This document shows positions 10,146 to 18,954 of a DNA stretch of 64,000 bases, piece by piece. The notes under the pieces were generated by a model that was given only the letters and a program-made list of their open reading frames with translations, searched no databases and was not told where the DNA came from. The DNA comes from Acidimicrobiia bacterium (GTDB taxonomy: Bacteria > Actinomycetota > Acidimicrobiia > Spongiisociales > ZC4RG35). The position numbers and the translations under genes were made by a program. Each line of letters starts with the position of its first letter. Within the stretch, counting starts at the first letter, position 1. The stretch spans positions 2,176,001 through 2,240,000 of the forward strand of contig CBDBCY010000004.1 of NCBI GenBank assembly GCA_965203555.1. Reading direction: 5' to 3'.

Positions 10146-10619
10146 TCAGCCTTGGCAGGCGACCAGTCCGGCTTGGTCGGAGAAGATGGCGTTGGCGTGC
10201 TGCAACTCTCTCACATAGCAGACGATCTCTCTCACCTGCTCCTCCGACACGCCCTCTACCGGATCCATGGCGCCGAAATTCCAGTGGTGTTGTCGGACTC
10301 CTTGGCGGACAGCCAAGAGAAAACTGATATCGGCATGATGGCCCGGTTCGTAGATGATGTGCACCAACGGCGGACCTTCTGTCGTTCCTCCTGCATCGGG
10401 ACCATGACATTCCGAGCATTTGGCAGCGAAAACCTCCCGGCCCCGGTGAGCCGTCTCCGACAGGTCGGGCATGGTCACGACAACTTGGGAGTCGCTCCCG
10501 CCGGTAGATCCGTATTCGGGTTGGCCCTCCTCTCCACAGCCAACGGCCAGAAGGCACAGCAACCCGGCGGCCGAGAACCACATGAGCCTCGGTCGGGTCC
10601 CGCGGCTATTCATTATCAC
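10146..10619 (-). CDS. Monoheme cytochrome c lipoprotein
   Basis: Lipobox LAVGC, heme motif CSECH, GPPLVH..YEPGHH and distal HHWNFGAM. Confidence 0.85.
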   Translation of the reverse strand: MIMNSRGTRPRLMWFSAAGLLCLLAVGCGEEGQPEYGSTGGSDSQVVVTMPDLSETAHRGREVFAAKCSECHGPDAGGTTEGPPLVHIIYEPGHHADISFLLAVRQGVRQHHWNFGAMDPVEGVSEEQVREIVCYVRELQHANAIFSDQAGLVACQG

Positions 10620-10746
10620 TTGAACGTTCCGGGTCAGGGCTTCTCTTCAGCGCAGCTCGCTGTTTGAAGAATTTGACCAGCCCGTAGATGATCATGACGG
10701 CGCCGATCCCGACGGAAATGAAGCTCAACTGGCTGGCAAGTTCCAT
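10606..10746 (-). CDS. Small single-TM protein, 46 aa (MELASQLSFISVGIGAVMIIYGLVKFFKQRAALKRSPDPERSSDNE)
   Basis: Read by hand (below the ORF-track cutoff). AGGA SD upstream, hydrophobic helix followed by basic residues, overlaps the cytochrome c start. Confidence 0.6.
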   Translation of the reverse strand: MELASQLSFISVGIGAVMIIYGLVKFFKQRAALKRSPDPERSSDNE

Positions 10747-10809
10747 TCTGTGATTCCTATCTTGGGACGGGGGTCGAGGACAAATCCTACGGGAAGCTGT
10801 TCGCCAAAG

Positions 10810-11841
10810 TCATGGTTGGCCGGTCACAACTTCCGAAAAGCCCGGCCCCGAAGGTCTTTCCAACTGGTCCATGGTGCACTCGAGGGCAGGTTTGTCCGGT
10901 CTCCACCGGTGGAACCGGGTGGCGTGACGGAAGCGGTTGTTCTGCAGTTGGTCGTAGCTGACTTCGATCACCACGCCAGGTTGGACCGGCGTCCACTCCA
11001 TGCTCTTGGCGGTGGACCATCGGCTCTGGGCGCCCGGGGCCCTTGCTTCGGCATCGAAGGAATCGGGCGACCGGAGACCCTCGAACATGGTGAGCATCTC
11101 TACCCGGTCGGCATTGGGGAACCCGGAGCAATGACCTATGAAGTGCAAGGACCCTTCGTCGTTGTAGAGACCCAAGAGCAACGAGCCGATCTTGTCGCCG
11201 TCCTTGTGAACCCGGTATCCCCCCACCACGCAATCGACACTGCGACGGTGCTTGATCTTGATCATCCGTCTCTTACCGCTGAGATACCCCTCATCGAGCC
11301 GCTTGGCCACCACCCCGTCGCATCCCGCCGCCTCGTACTCGTGAAACCACCTTTGAGCCACCGAGCGGTCGGTGGTGGTAGGAGTGAGGTTCCAGGGAGA
11401 AACCAACCTGGTCGCCAACTGTTCCAGTCGCCCTCGGCGCACGGAAAAGGGCCGGTCCCGCAGATCTTCTCCTTCGGCGGCCAGCAGATCGAAGGCGACC
11501 AGTTGAGCCGGAATCTCTTCTGAGAGACGCTCTATCCGACTTCGGGCGGGATGTATTCGCATTTGCAGGGCGTCGAAATGGGTCATGTCGTCGTAAACGA
11601 TTACCACTTCACCGTCCACCACGGTTCCCTCCGGCAGTTGCTCCAACGCCGGGTGGAGTTCGGGGAAGTAGCGGAGCAGGGGGCGTCGGTTGCGGGAGTC
11701 CAGGCGAGGCTCCGGGCCGCTCCAGGCCAGAGTCCGGAAACCGTCCCATTTGGGTTCGTAGGCGAACAATCCCCTGGGCCACCGCTCCCAAACACGAGCC
11801 TCCATGGTGGGCAGAGGGGGCGAGAATGGCCAATGGGTCAT
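10810..11841 (-). CDS. ligC: ATP-dependent DNA ligase (LigC type)
   Basis: YEPKWDGFR adenylation motif, VDGEVV, AFDLL, DGVVAK, GSLLLGLY, RFRH..F.RWRPDK. Confidence 0.88.
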   Translation of the reverse strand: MTHWPFSPPLPTMEARVWERWPRGLFAYEPKWDGFRTLAWSGPEPRLDSRNRRPLLRYFPELHPALEQLPEGTVVDGEVVIVYDDMTHFDALQMRIHPARSRIERLSEEIPAQLVAFDLLAAEGEDLRDRPFSVRRGRLEQLATRLVSPWNLTPTTTDRSVAQRWFHEYEAAGCDGVVAKRLDEGYLSGKRRMIKIKHRRSVDCVVGGYRVHKDGDKIGSLLLGLYNDEGSLHFIGHCSGFPNADRVEMLTMFEGLRSPDSFDAEARAPGAQSRWSTAKSMEWTPVQPGVVIEVSYDQLQNNRFRHATRFHRWRPDKPALECTMDQLERPSGPGFSEVVTGQP

Positions 11842-11899
11842 GGGTCGAAAGATTACGCCGATGAGAGTCGGCAATGGTGCATAGGTACACCTTGAGGAG

Positions 11900-12115
11900 T
11901 CAAGAGAACATGGAGACCAGGCTCCAGATGACCATCAAGGCGCCGGCCGCCATCATGAAGACCGCCCGCCGCGGGCGAAAGTCTCCTCTCTGACCGGGAG
12001 GGGGTCGTCCTTTGAGGTGCCGGAAGGTGGCCCAAACGTTCCCGGCCAGCAAGGCCAGCCCGATGGCTAGGATCATCTGTGTGACCAGGGTGTCCAGTCC
12101 AAGTATCTCAGCCAT
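11900..12115 (-). CDS. Small two-TM membrane protein
   Basis: MAEILGLDTLV... two hydrophobic helices. GGAG SD before ATG 12115. Confidence 0.65.
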   Translation of the reverse strand: MAEILGLDTLVTQMILAIGLALLAGNVWATFRHLKGRPPPGQRGDFRPRRAVFMMAAGALMVIWSLVSMFS

Positions 12116-12177
12116 GCTCCGTCTCCGCCGATTTGCTTCCTTCCCCATGATGGCAGGGTCCCGGGGGATAATCTGAA

Positions 12178-12957
12178 ATGGCCCGCCCGGCACAGATTCT
12201 GAGGGTCTTCACCGACGGAACCACCGGTGGGAATCATCTGGGGGTGGTGGCGGACACCGTGAATCTGGACGCCGGGCGCATGCAGGCCATCGCCACCGAA
12301 CTCGGGTTCAGCGAAACGGTGTTCATTGATTGGCGGACCGGAAGGGCGCCGCATGTCCGCATCTTCACACCTGTGTCGGAGTTGCCCTTTGCCGGACATC
12401 CCCTGGTGGGGGCCGCCTGGCTGTTGCTCCGCGCCGGTCCGGGGGGAGTGGACCGGGTGACCTGCGAGGTAGGAGAGGTGAGCATATTCACCGAAGGCGC
12501 CGGGGTTTGGATCGAGCCTCCTTTCGCGCAGCCCGTCCGGACCCGGGAAGATCCCCCGACTCTCGGCTGGTGTTCTCCCATCCGGGCCTGGGAAGTGGAA
12601 ATGCCGCTTCCCTATTCAGTGTGGGAAATGGATACTCCCGATGGCGTGGGCGCCCTCCGGGAGCCGCCGGCCGACTTGGGATTGACCCTGGTATGGGCAT
12701 GGGAGTCTCCGCCGGATCGTGTGAAAGCCCGTTTCTTCGCTCCCGGAATGGGAGTGGTGGAGGATCCCGCCACCGGGAGCGCGGCGGTTGCCTTGGCGGC
12801 GGCGCTCCGTTCAGACGGAATGGCGTCGGGTAGGGTAAAGATTTCTCAGGGGGCGGAATTGGGCCAGCCGTCCCTGATAAACCTGAATTGGGAAGGAAAC
12901 CGGTGCCGGATAGGGGGTACGGTTGTTAGGGATGGAGTCAGGGAGATGAAATGGTGA
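12178..12957 (+). CDS. PhzF family epimerase/isomerase
   Basis: VFT...GGNHLGVV, SETVF, RIFTP..ELPFAGHP, EDPATGSA. Confidence 0.9.
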   Translation: MARPAQILRVFTDGTTGGNHLGVVADTVNLDAGRMQAIATELGFSETVFIDWRTGRAPHVRIFTPVSELPFAGHPLVGAAWLLLRAGPGGVDRVTCEVGEVSIFTEGAGVWIEPPFAQPVRTREDPPTLGWCSPIRAWEVEMPLPYSVWEMDTPDGVGALREPPADLGLTLVWAWESPPDRVKARFFAPGMGVVEDPATGSAAVALAAALRSDGMASGRVKISQGAELGQPSLINLNWEGNRCRIGGTVVRDGVREMKW

Positions 12958-13014
12958 CCGCCGTTATCCGGCCGAGAGTGGCATGCCGGCTGGAACGACG
13001 TAAACTACCGGCCT

Positions 13015-13920
13015 GTGGCTAGCGGAGGATCACGTCTGGCGGTGCTGGCCGCGCTGGTGGCGAACTCCACCATAGCCGTGGCCAAGTTCTTCGCCTTCTT
13101 CATCACCGGTTCGGCCGCCATGCTGGCCGAAGCCATCCACTCGGTGGCCGACTCCTCCAACCAGGGTCTGCTTCTGTACGGATCGAAGGCCTCCCGGCAG
13201 CCGGCCGACCTCAGCCATCCCTTCGGCAGGGGCAAGGAGATTTATTTCTGGAGTTTCCTGGTGGCGGTGATGCTGTTCTTCGGTGGGGGAGTCTGGGCTT
13301 TCCTGCACGGTTGGGAGGCGATAAGCCATGCCGAGCCGCTCGGCGATCTGAGAGCCAGCTTTATCGTGCTTGGGTTTGCGCTGGTGCTGGAGTCGATCAG
13401 TTTCGGGGTGGCGCTTCGCGAATTCAATCGCCATCGGGGCGCTACGCCGGTGTGGCGAGCAATACGAGAGTCCAAGGACGCTTCCTTGATCGTGATTCTC
13501 CTGGAGGACACCGCTGCCATGTTGGGTTTGATCTTTGCTCTGGTGGGCACCACCGCGGCCTGGGCCACTGGGGACTCCCGCTGGGACGGGGCGGCTTCTC
13601 TTTTGATCGGGCTCATGCTGGCGGTGGTGGCGGTGCTGTTGGCCGCTGAGATCAAGGCTTTGCTGATAGGCGAGGCGGCAGGCCGGCGTGACCGGGTGCT
13701 GATCCGCGCCGCGTTGCTGGAAATGGACGAGGTCGCCGCGGTGGGACGCCTTCTCACCATGCACATGGGACCCGACGATCTGCTGGTCAATGTCGAGGTT
13801 GACTTTGTGGACTCACTTGCAGCAGCACAGATTCCTGACGCCATTGCCAAGGCGGAAGGGGCAATTAGAGACCGGATTCCCGAAGCAGGGAATATATTTG
13901 TGGAACCTTATGACCAATAA
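13015..13920 (+). CDS. Cation diffusion facilitator (CDF) family transporter
   Basis: AMLAEAIHSVADS, HPFGRGKE.YFW, LLEDTAA, C-terminal TMHMGP. Confidence 0.9.
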   Translation: MASGGSRLAVLAALVANSTIAVAKFFAFFITGSAAMLAEAIHSVADSSNQGLLLYGSKASRQPADLSHPFGRGKEIYFWSFLVAVMLFFGGGVWAFLHGWEAISHAEPLGDLRASFIVLGFALVLESISFGVALREFNRHRGATPVWRAIRESKDASLIVILLEDTAAMLGLIFALVGTTAAWATGDSRWDGAASLLIGLMLAVVAVLLAAEIKALLIGEAAGRRDRVLIRAALLEMDEVAAVGRLLTMHMGPDDLLVNVEVDFVDSLAAAQIPDAIAKAEGAIRDRIPEAGNIFVEPYDQ

Positions 13921-14773
13921 CGAGGCTGAGGCATCGGCGCCCGCTTCCTCCGCCAATCTGGGTCCCGGGTTTGATTGCCTGGCGATGGCGCTGGACATCA
14001 GGTGCCGGGTGAAGGCTCGACGCTCTCGAGACTGGGAGGTCCGACATATCGGCCCTCACACCCCCCCTGGGGGATCTTCCGACGCGGTGCTTGACGGTGC
14101 CCGGTCGGCGGTGGGGATCGAGCATCCGCTCAGTATGAAAGTGGACAACCGGATCCCGATCGGCAGCGGACTGGGTTCATCTGCCGCCGCCTATACGGCC
14201 GGCATGGTTGCTGCGTCTCGCTGTATGGAGGAGCCTGTCGACGCCGATCAGATTTATTGGAAAGTGGCGGCACTGGAGGGTCATCCCGACAACGCTGCGG
14301 CCACCGTGTTTGGTGGCCTGGTGCTGGTGGGCGCCGAGGGCAGGGTGCACCAGCTCCGATTGAGCCACAGGTACGGGCTTTTGGTGTTGGTTCCCACCTT
14401 CCGGCTGTTCACCAGTGAATCTCGCAGGGTGGTAGCGGGGACCTTCGATCTGGAGACGGTGATCGGCAGCCTGTCCAGGATGGGCGCCCTGGTGGTGGGC
14501 CTGACCACGGGCAGGTCTGACATGCTGAGTTCGGCCCTGGGCGATGAGATTCACGAATCCAGCCGGAACCGATTGCAGCCCCTGGTGGGCCATTTCATCG
14601 ACGAGGCGCTGGTGGCGGGAGCGGTCTATGCCGCCTGGTCGGGGAGCGGTCCCTCGGTTCTGGTGCTCACCGAGTCGGAGGAGACCGACAGTGTGGCGGT
14701 AGGAATCCAGTCCTCTCTGAAAGATCAGGTGGACATACTCCGTCCCGAAGTGGCCGAGCAGGGCATCATTTGA
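13910..14773 (+). CDS. thrB: Homoserine kinase
   Basis: PASSANLGPGFD, IPIGSGLGSSAAA (GHMP motif), EGHPDN, SGSGPS. Start reassigned to ATG 13910. Confidence 0.9.
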   Translation: MTNNEAEASAPASSANLGPGFDCLAMALDIRCRVKARRSRDWEVRHIGPHTPPGGSSDAVLDGARSAVGIEHPLSMKVDNRIPIGSGLGSSAAAYTAGMVAASRCMEEPVDADQIYWKVAALEGHPDNAAATVFGGLVLVGAEGRVHQLRLSHRYGLLVLVPTFRLFTSESRRVVAGTFDLETVIGSLSRMGALVVGLTTGRSDMLSSALGDEIHESSRNRLQPLVGHFIDEALVAGAVYAAWSGSGPSVLVLTESEETDSVAVGIQSSLKDQVDILRPEVAEQGII

Positions 14774-14943
14774 ACTGCCCGGTGGGAGATCCCGCCGGTC
14801 AAAAGGCTTGCCATCCCGTGAAATCCGTCAAAAAAACTGCGGGATGGTTTCCCCACGTTCCCAAGACGTGTTATTCTCAGGTAGACCCCACCTGCCAGGG
14901 TGGACTGATGGGGTGTTCCGATCGGCCAACGAGAAAGCCTATT

Positions 14944-15036
14944 ATGGGTTCGCTTGTCAAAAAGCGTCGCAGAAAAATGTCCAAGCACAAGTATCGCAAG
15001 CGGCGCAAGGCGAATCGTCATAAGAACAAGAAGTAG
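14944..15036 (+). CDS. 30S ribosomal protein bS22 (AURKAIP1/COX24 family), 30 aa
   Basis: MGSLVKKRRRKMSKHKYRKRRKANRHKNKK matches the actinobacterial bS22 pattern. Confidence 0.9.
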   Translation: MGSLVKKRRRKMSKHKYRKRRKANRHKNKK

Positions 15037-15110
15037 TCGACTTCGATCCCAAGGGACGATGTTTCGATGATTCCACAGTTTGTGCCGTATTAGTTGAGAA
15101 TCAGGTAGGC

Positions 15111-16301
15111 ATGGCGCCCGATCCCCTCGATTTTCTGGATACGGCCGGTTTGTTGTCGGACTCCGAGCTACTGGTGGCCCAGACGGTGCGGGAGTTCGTA
15201 ACAGACCAGGTGCTGGATGAGATAGGCGGATGGTGGGAGGCGGGAGAGCTTCCCATGGATCTTGTTCCTCAAATGGCCCGGATGGGGATGTTCGGCATGC
15301 ACCTGAAGGGATACGGGTGTGCGGGTATGGGTGCGGTCGAATACGGGATGGCCGCCCTGGAGTTGGAGGCCGGAGATTCGGGGCTTCGCAGTTTCGTTTC
15401 CGTACAGGGGTCACTTTGCATGTTCCCCATCTGGAAGTACGGGTCCGAAGAGCAGAAACAGGAGTGGCTTCCCCGCATGGCCAAAGGCGAAGTAATAGGA
15501 TGTTTCGGCTTGACCGAACCCGACGCGGGAAGTGATCCGGCTTCGATGCGCACAACGGCGCGGCAGGTGGGAGGAGACTGGATCATCGACGGCGCCAAGG
15601 CTTGGATAACCAACGGCGGAGTGGCCGACCTGGCGGTCATCTGGGCCAAGACGCGGGATGGCGTGCGCGGTTTCTTGGTGCCGACCGACGCGTCGGGATT
15701 CGAGGTGCACCCCATCGACCGCAAGGCGAGCATGAGGGCCTCTGTTACCTCCGCCCTGGTTCTCGACGGAGTGAGGGTTCCCGAGGAAATGATGCTGCCG
15801 GGCGTGGCTTCGATGAAAGGACCGTTGTCCTGTCTTACCGAGGCCCGCCTGGGGATTGTGTTCGGAGCGATGGGAGCGGCCCGGGCCTGTTATGAAGCGG
15901 CGCTCGATTACGCCTCAGAACGGATCCAATTCGCCGTGCCCATCTCCTCTTTTCAGCTGACGCAGGCCAAATTGGTGGAGATGATGGTGGCGGTGCAGCG
16001 GGGCACGCTGGTGGCGATCCGGATCGGCCGGCTTCGGGAGGACGGAAAACTGACGCCCCAGCAGGTCTCTTTCGGCAAGTACAACAATGTCCGCGACGCT
16101 CTGGAGGTGGCGCGTACGGCTCGTGGCATCCTGGGCGCCAACGGCATTACCCTTGACTATCCGATCATGCGGCACATGGCGAATCTGGAGACGGTGTACA
16201 CCTACGAGGGAACCCACGAGATACACACCTTGATCCTCGGCGCCACCATCACCGGGATTCCGGCGTTTCATGCACCGCACGCCTCGGGAAGGAGACAATG
16301 A
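15111..16301 (+). CDS. Acyl-CoA dehydrogenase (glutaryl-CoA dehydrogenase-like)
   Basis: DSGLRSFVSVQGSL, GCFGLTEPDAGSDP, WITNG, TYEGTHEIH. Confidence 0.9.
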   Translation: MAPDPLDFLDTAGLLSDSELLVAQTVREFVTDQVLDEIGGWWEAGELPMDLVPQMARMGMFGMHLKGYGCAGMGAVEYGMAALELEAGDSGLRSFVSVQGSLCMFPIWKYGSEEQKQEWLPRMAKGEVIGCFGLTEPDAGSDPASMRTTARQVGGDWIIDGAKAWITNGGVADLAVIWAKTRDGVRGFLVPTDASGFEVHPIDRKASMRASVTSALVLDGVRVPEEMMLPGVASMKGPLSCLTEARLGIVFGAMGAARACYEAALDYASERIQFAVPISSFQLTQAKLVEMMVAVQRGTLVAIRIGRLREDGKLTPQQVSFGKYNNVRDALEVARTARGILGANGITLDYPIMRHMANLETVYTYEGTHEIHTLILGATITGIPAFHAPHASGRRQ

Positions 16302-16765
16302 TGGGAAACGGAACGGTGACTGTGGCGGAGTTGAAGGAGATGGTGGGCACCGAAGTTGGAGTCTCCGACTGGTTCACGGTGACCCAGGACCGTATTGACG
16401 ATTTTGCCGACGCCACCTTGGACCACCAGTTCATTCACGTCGATCCGGCGCGGGCAGCGACCGAGTCTCCTTTCGGGGTCACCATCGCCCACGGTTTCCT
16501 GACGCTTTCTCTCCTCCCTCACCTTGGATCGGGTGTTAAATTGCTGCCGGAGGGCGCCAAAGTTGAGATCAACTACGGGACCGAAAAGGTGCGTTTTCTG
16601 GCGCCGGTTCCGGTGGACAGCCAGATCCGCGCCCGGGTTGCCCTGGCAGACGTGACCGAACGCCGTCCGGGTCAGTTTCTCATCAAGAGAACGATCACCG
16701 TGGAAATCAAGGGCGGCGATCGGCCGGCCCTGGTAGCCGAAACCCTGACCCTGGTCATTACCTGA
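16298..16765 (+). CDS. MaoC family dehydratase
   Basis: FADATLDHQFIHVD, IAHGFLTLSL, NYG..KVRF..PV. Confidence 0.9.
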   Translation: MMGNGTVTVAELKEMVGTEVGVSDWFTVTQDRIDDFADATLDHQFIHVDPARAATESPFGVTIAHGFLTLSLLPHLGSGVKLLPEGAKVEINYGTEKVRFLAPVPVDSQIRARVALADVTERRPGQFLIKRTITVEIKGGDRPALVAETLTLVIT

Positions 16766-16802
16766 TGCTGAAACAGCGCGCAGGCCAGGACGAGGCAAGT
16801 AT

Positions 16803-18761
16803 CTAGGAGGCCTTTTCCTCATCCCCGGTAGCTGTTCGCTGACGTACTACTTGCCCAAGGTGGCGGTCGTGCCAGGAAAGGATGTACTCGAAACGCTCCA
16901 CGCGGTGGCGGGGCGCTCCGCTGCGGCTCAGTTCGTGGCCTTCGTCGGGAAATCGAATCATCTCCACATCGACCCCATTGCGCAGCAGAGCCGTGAAGAA
17001 CTGTTCTGCCTGGCCGATCGGGCAACGTAGGTCGTTCTCGGAATGGATAACGAGGGTGGGGGTGGTAACCCGTCCCGCCGAAGCGAGGGGACTGGCATCC
17101 CACAACGCATGATGGTCGCCGGCCGTGGCCGGATACAGGTACAAACCCGAGAAGTCGCGGTTGATGTCCGAGGTTCCCCCGAAGGACTCCCAGTCGATCA
17201 GGGCCCGTTCCACGATCGCTGACTGGTAGCGATCATCCCGGGCGATCGCCCAAGCTGTGAGAAATCCTCCGTAGGAGCCCCCCATAATCCCCACACGGGA
17301 CTGATCGAGGCGAGCGTCTCGCCGGATGGCTTCATCTATGACTGCGGTAATGTCCTCCATGTCGACCACGCCCCAGCCTGGGCCCGTGACGGCGCGTAAC
17401 CACTCAAGACCTCGTCCCTCCGATCCGCGGGGGTTGGCGGCGACCACCGCGTAGCCTGCGGAGGCGTAGACCTGGAACTCGTCGAAAAAGTAGAAGCCGT
17501 ACTCCGAAGCCGGGCCTCCGTGGATGTTGAGGAGCACCGGGTAGGGGCCTTCGCCATCGGGGACATACACCCATGCATCCACCTCAACTCCCGGTGCGCT
17601 CTCGGCCTGGAAGAACCCGGGACGTACCAATCCGCCGCCTGATCTGATCTCCCGGTTGAAAGAAGTGAGGCACCGCTCCTCCCCATCGGGGGTCCGCTCG
17701 TAAAGCTCACCCGGACAAGTGGGGTGGGTGGCGGTGAAGACCAGCCTATCCGAAGATGCCCTTGACAACCCGGTGATGTACCGGTCACCATCCAGTACGG
17801 TTGAAGGGTTACCTTCGTCGTCGAACGCCACTATGTGACCGCGGCCCCGATCCAGCACGCTGCAAAGAAAACCCTCATCCAGCCAGATCGGTGTTTCCAG
17901 GGCGGATGGGACGGCCAGACCGTTGATGCTCCGGCCGATGTGACCGGTTAGATCCACCGGCGGTTCGTCCAGGCGCCACAGGGAGAAGACGTAGGGATAA
18001 TCGGGGGTGGGGTTACCTATCCCGTATAGAGTTCCGGCAGGATCGTAGTCGACCAGGTAGTAGCCGGAACGCTGGGCCCGCAGGGTCTCGGCGCCGCTTT
18101 CCAGGTCCACCTCCACCACCTCGACCCCCTCCTCAAGTAGTCGCGGGTTGTCACGGCGGGTGACCATCGCCACCCTGGCGCCGTCCGGAGACCACGCCAA
18201 GCCTGACTCGTTCTCCTCGGAGGTCCCCACCCGCCGGGGCGCCGTCTCGCCACCCGGTTCGACCAGGTAGGCGTAGCTACGGCGATCATGCAGCCATCCC
18301 TGGTTGTCCAATCGGGCTTCGAACCCGGTGATGCGCCGGGGACGCCGCGCCCGTTCATCCTCGTCGAGGTCTGCCCACTCCCCGAACCACTCCGTCGCCA
18401 GCACCACGAGGCGCGAACCGTCGGGAGACCAGACCGGCGCCCGCACTCCAAGCTCGAATGAGGTGACCACCCGGGCCTCTCCACCGTCGGAGGGCATGAT
18501 GGCCAGTTGTTGCGGGTCGGTGCGTTCCGTTCCTTTTCTCAGGAAGGCCAGTGACCTGCCGTCCGGCGACCAGCGGGGCGCTGCATCTCCGGACCCGAAG
18601 GTCAACTGCCGCGCTTCGCCGTCCCAGAGCCACAGCGACGATCGGTAACGGTCCTCGTCGAGGTCGATGGTGGTAACCACAAATGCGATCCGCCGGCCGT
18701 CCGGATGGATCTGAGGATCGGATACGGAAGTAATGAGGGAAATTTCTGCCGGTTGCATCAC
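16803..18761 (-). CDS. S9 family peptidase (acylaminoacyl/dipeptidyl peptidase) with beta-propeller
   Basis: PD40-like WSPDG repeats, IHGGP, GGSYGG nucleophile, D-x-R-C and EGH catalytic residues. Confidence 0.92.
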   Translation of the reverse strand: MMQPAEISLITSVSDPQIHPDGRRIAFVVTTIDLDEDRYRSSLWLWDGEARQLTFGSGDAAPRWSPDGRSLAFLRKGTERTDPQQLAIMPSDGGEARVVTSFELGVRAPVWSPDGSRLVVLATEWFGEWADLDEDERARRPRRITGFEARLDNQGWLHDRRSYAYLVEPGGETAPRRVGTSEENESGLAWSPDGARVAMVTRRDNPRLLEEGVEVVEVDLESGAETLRAQRSGYYLVDYDPAGTLYGIGNPTPDYPYVFSLWRLDEPPVDLTGHIGRSINGLAVPSALETPIWLDEGFLCSVLDRGRGHIVAFDDEGNPSTVLDGDRYITGLSRASSDRLVFTATHPTCPGELYERTPDGEERCLTSFNREIRSGGGLVRPGFFQAESAPGVEVDAWVYVPDGEGPYPVLLNIHGGPASEYGFYFFDEFQVYASAGYAVVAANPRGSEGRGLEWLRAVTGPGWGVVDMEDITAVIDEAIRRDARLDQSRVGIMGGSYGGFLTAWAIARDDRYQSAIVERALIDWESFGGTSDINRDFSGLYLYPATAGDHHALWDASPLASAGRVTTPTLVIHSENDLRCPIGQAEQFFTALLRNGVDVEMIRFPDEGHELSRSGAPRHRVERFEYILSWHDRHLGQVVRQRTATGDEEKAS

Positions 18762-18954
18762 ATCCGAGCGTAGTGACTATCTGAAGATACGTTTCTCTCG
18801 ATTCTCTGGCCGAAGCTGAGTGCAACTCGGTCGGAGGCGCGGGAGACCGATGGGACAGGGGGAAGAAGGAGGGTAGTTCCCCAGTTGCCGAGGTCGGTGT
18901 AGAGTAGCGTAAGGTTGCGTTGGGGGCTTCACCGCCCGAGGCAGAAGGAGCACC

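Noticed and set aside
11891-11904. CTTGAGGAGTCAAG inverted repeat resembling HAIR
   Set aside because: The spacing is wrong for CTTGAGT-N7-ACTCAAG and there is no heat-shock gene downstream.
12178-12957. PhzF gene as evidence of phenazine biosynthesis
   Set aside because: Stand-alone PhzF-family member; no phzA/B/D/E/G nearby, and the DAHPS-like gene 46 kb away is type I, not PhzC (type II).
14880-14943. Structured leader upstream of bS22 (ACCCCA...TGGGGT)
   Set aside because: Short GC-rich stems are expected by chance; no recognisable RNA family without covariation data.
18762-18954. Possible Moco/Wco riboswitch upstream of the molybdoenzyme operon
   Set aside because: A hairpin (CCGA..CTGAG-TGCAA-CTCGG-TCGG) is present, but I could not match the conserved motif layout; an Infernal/Rfam search is needed.
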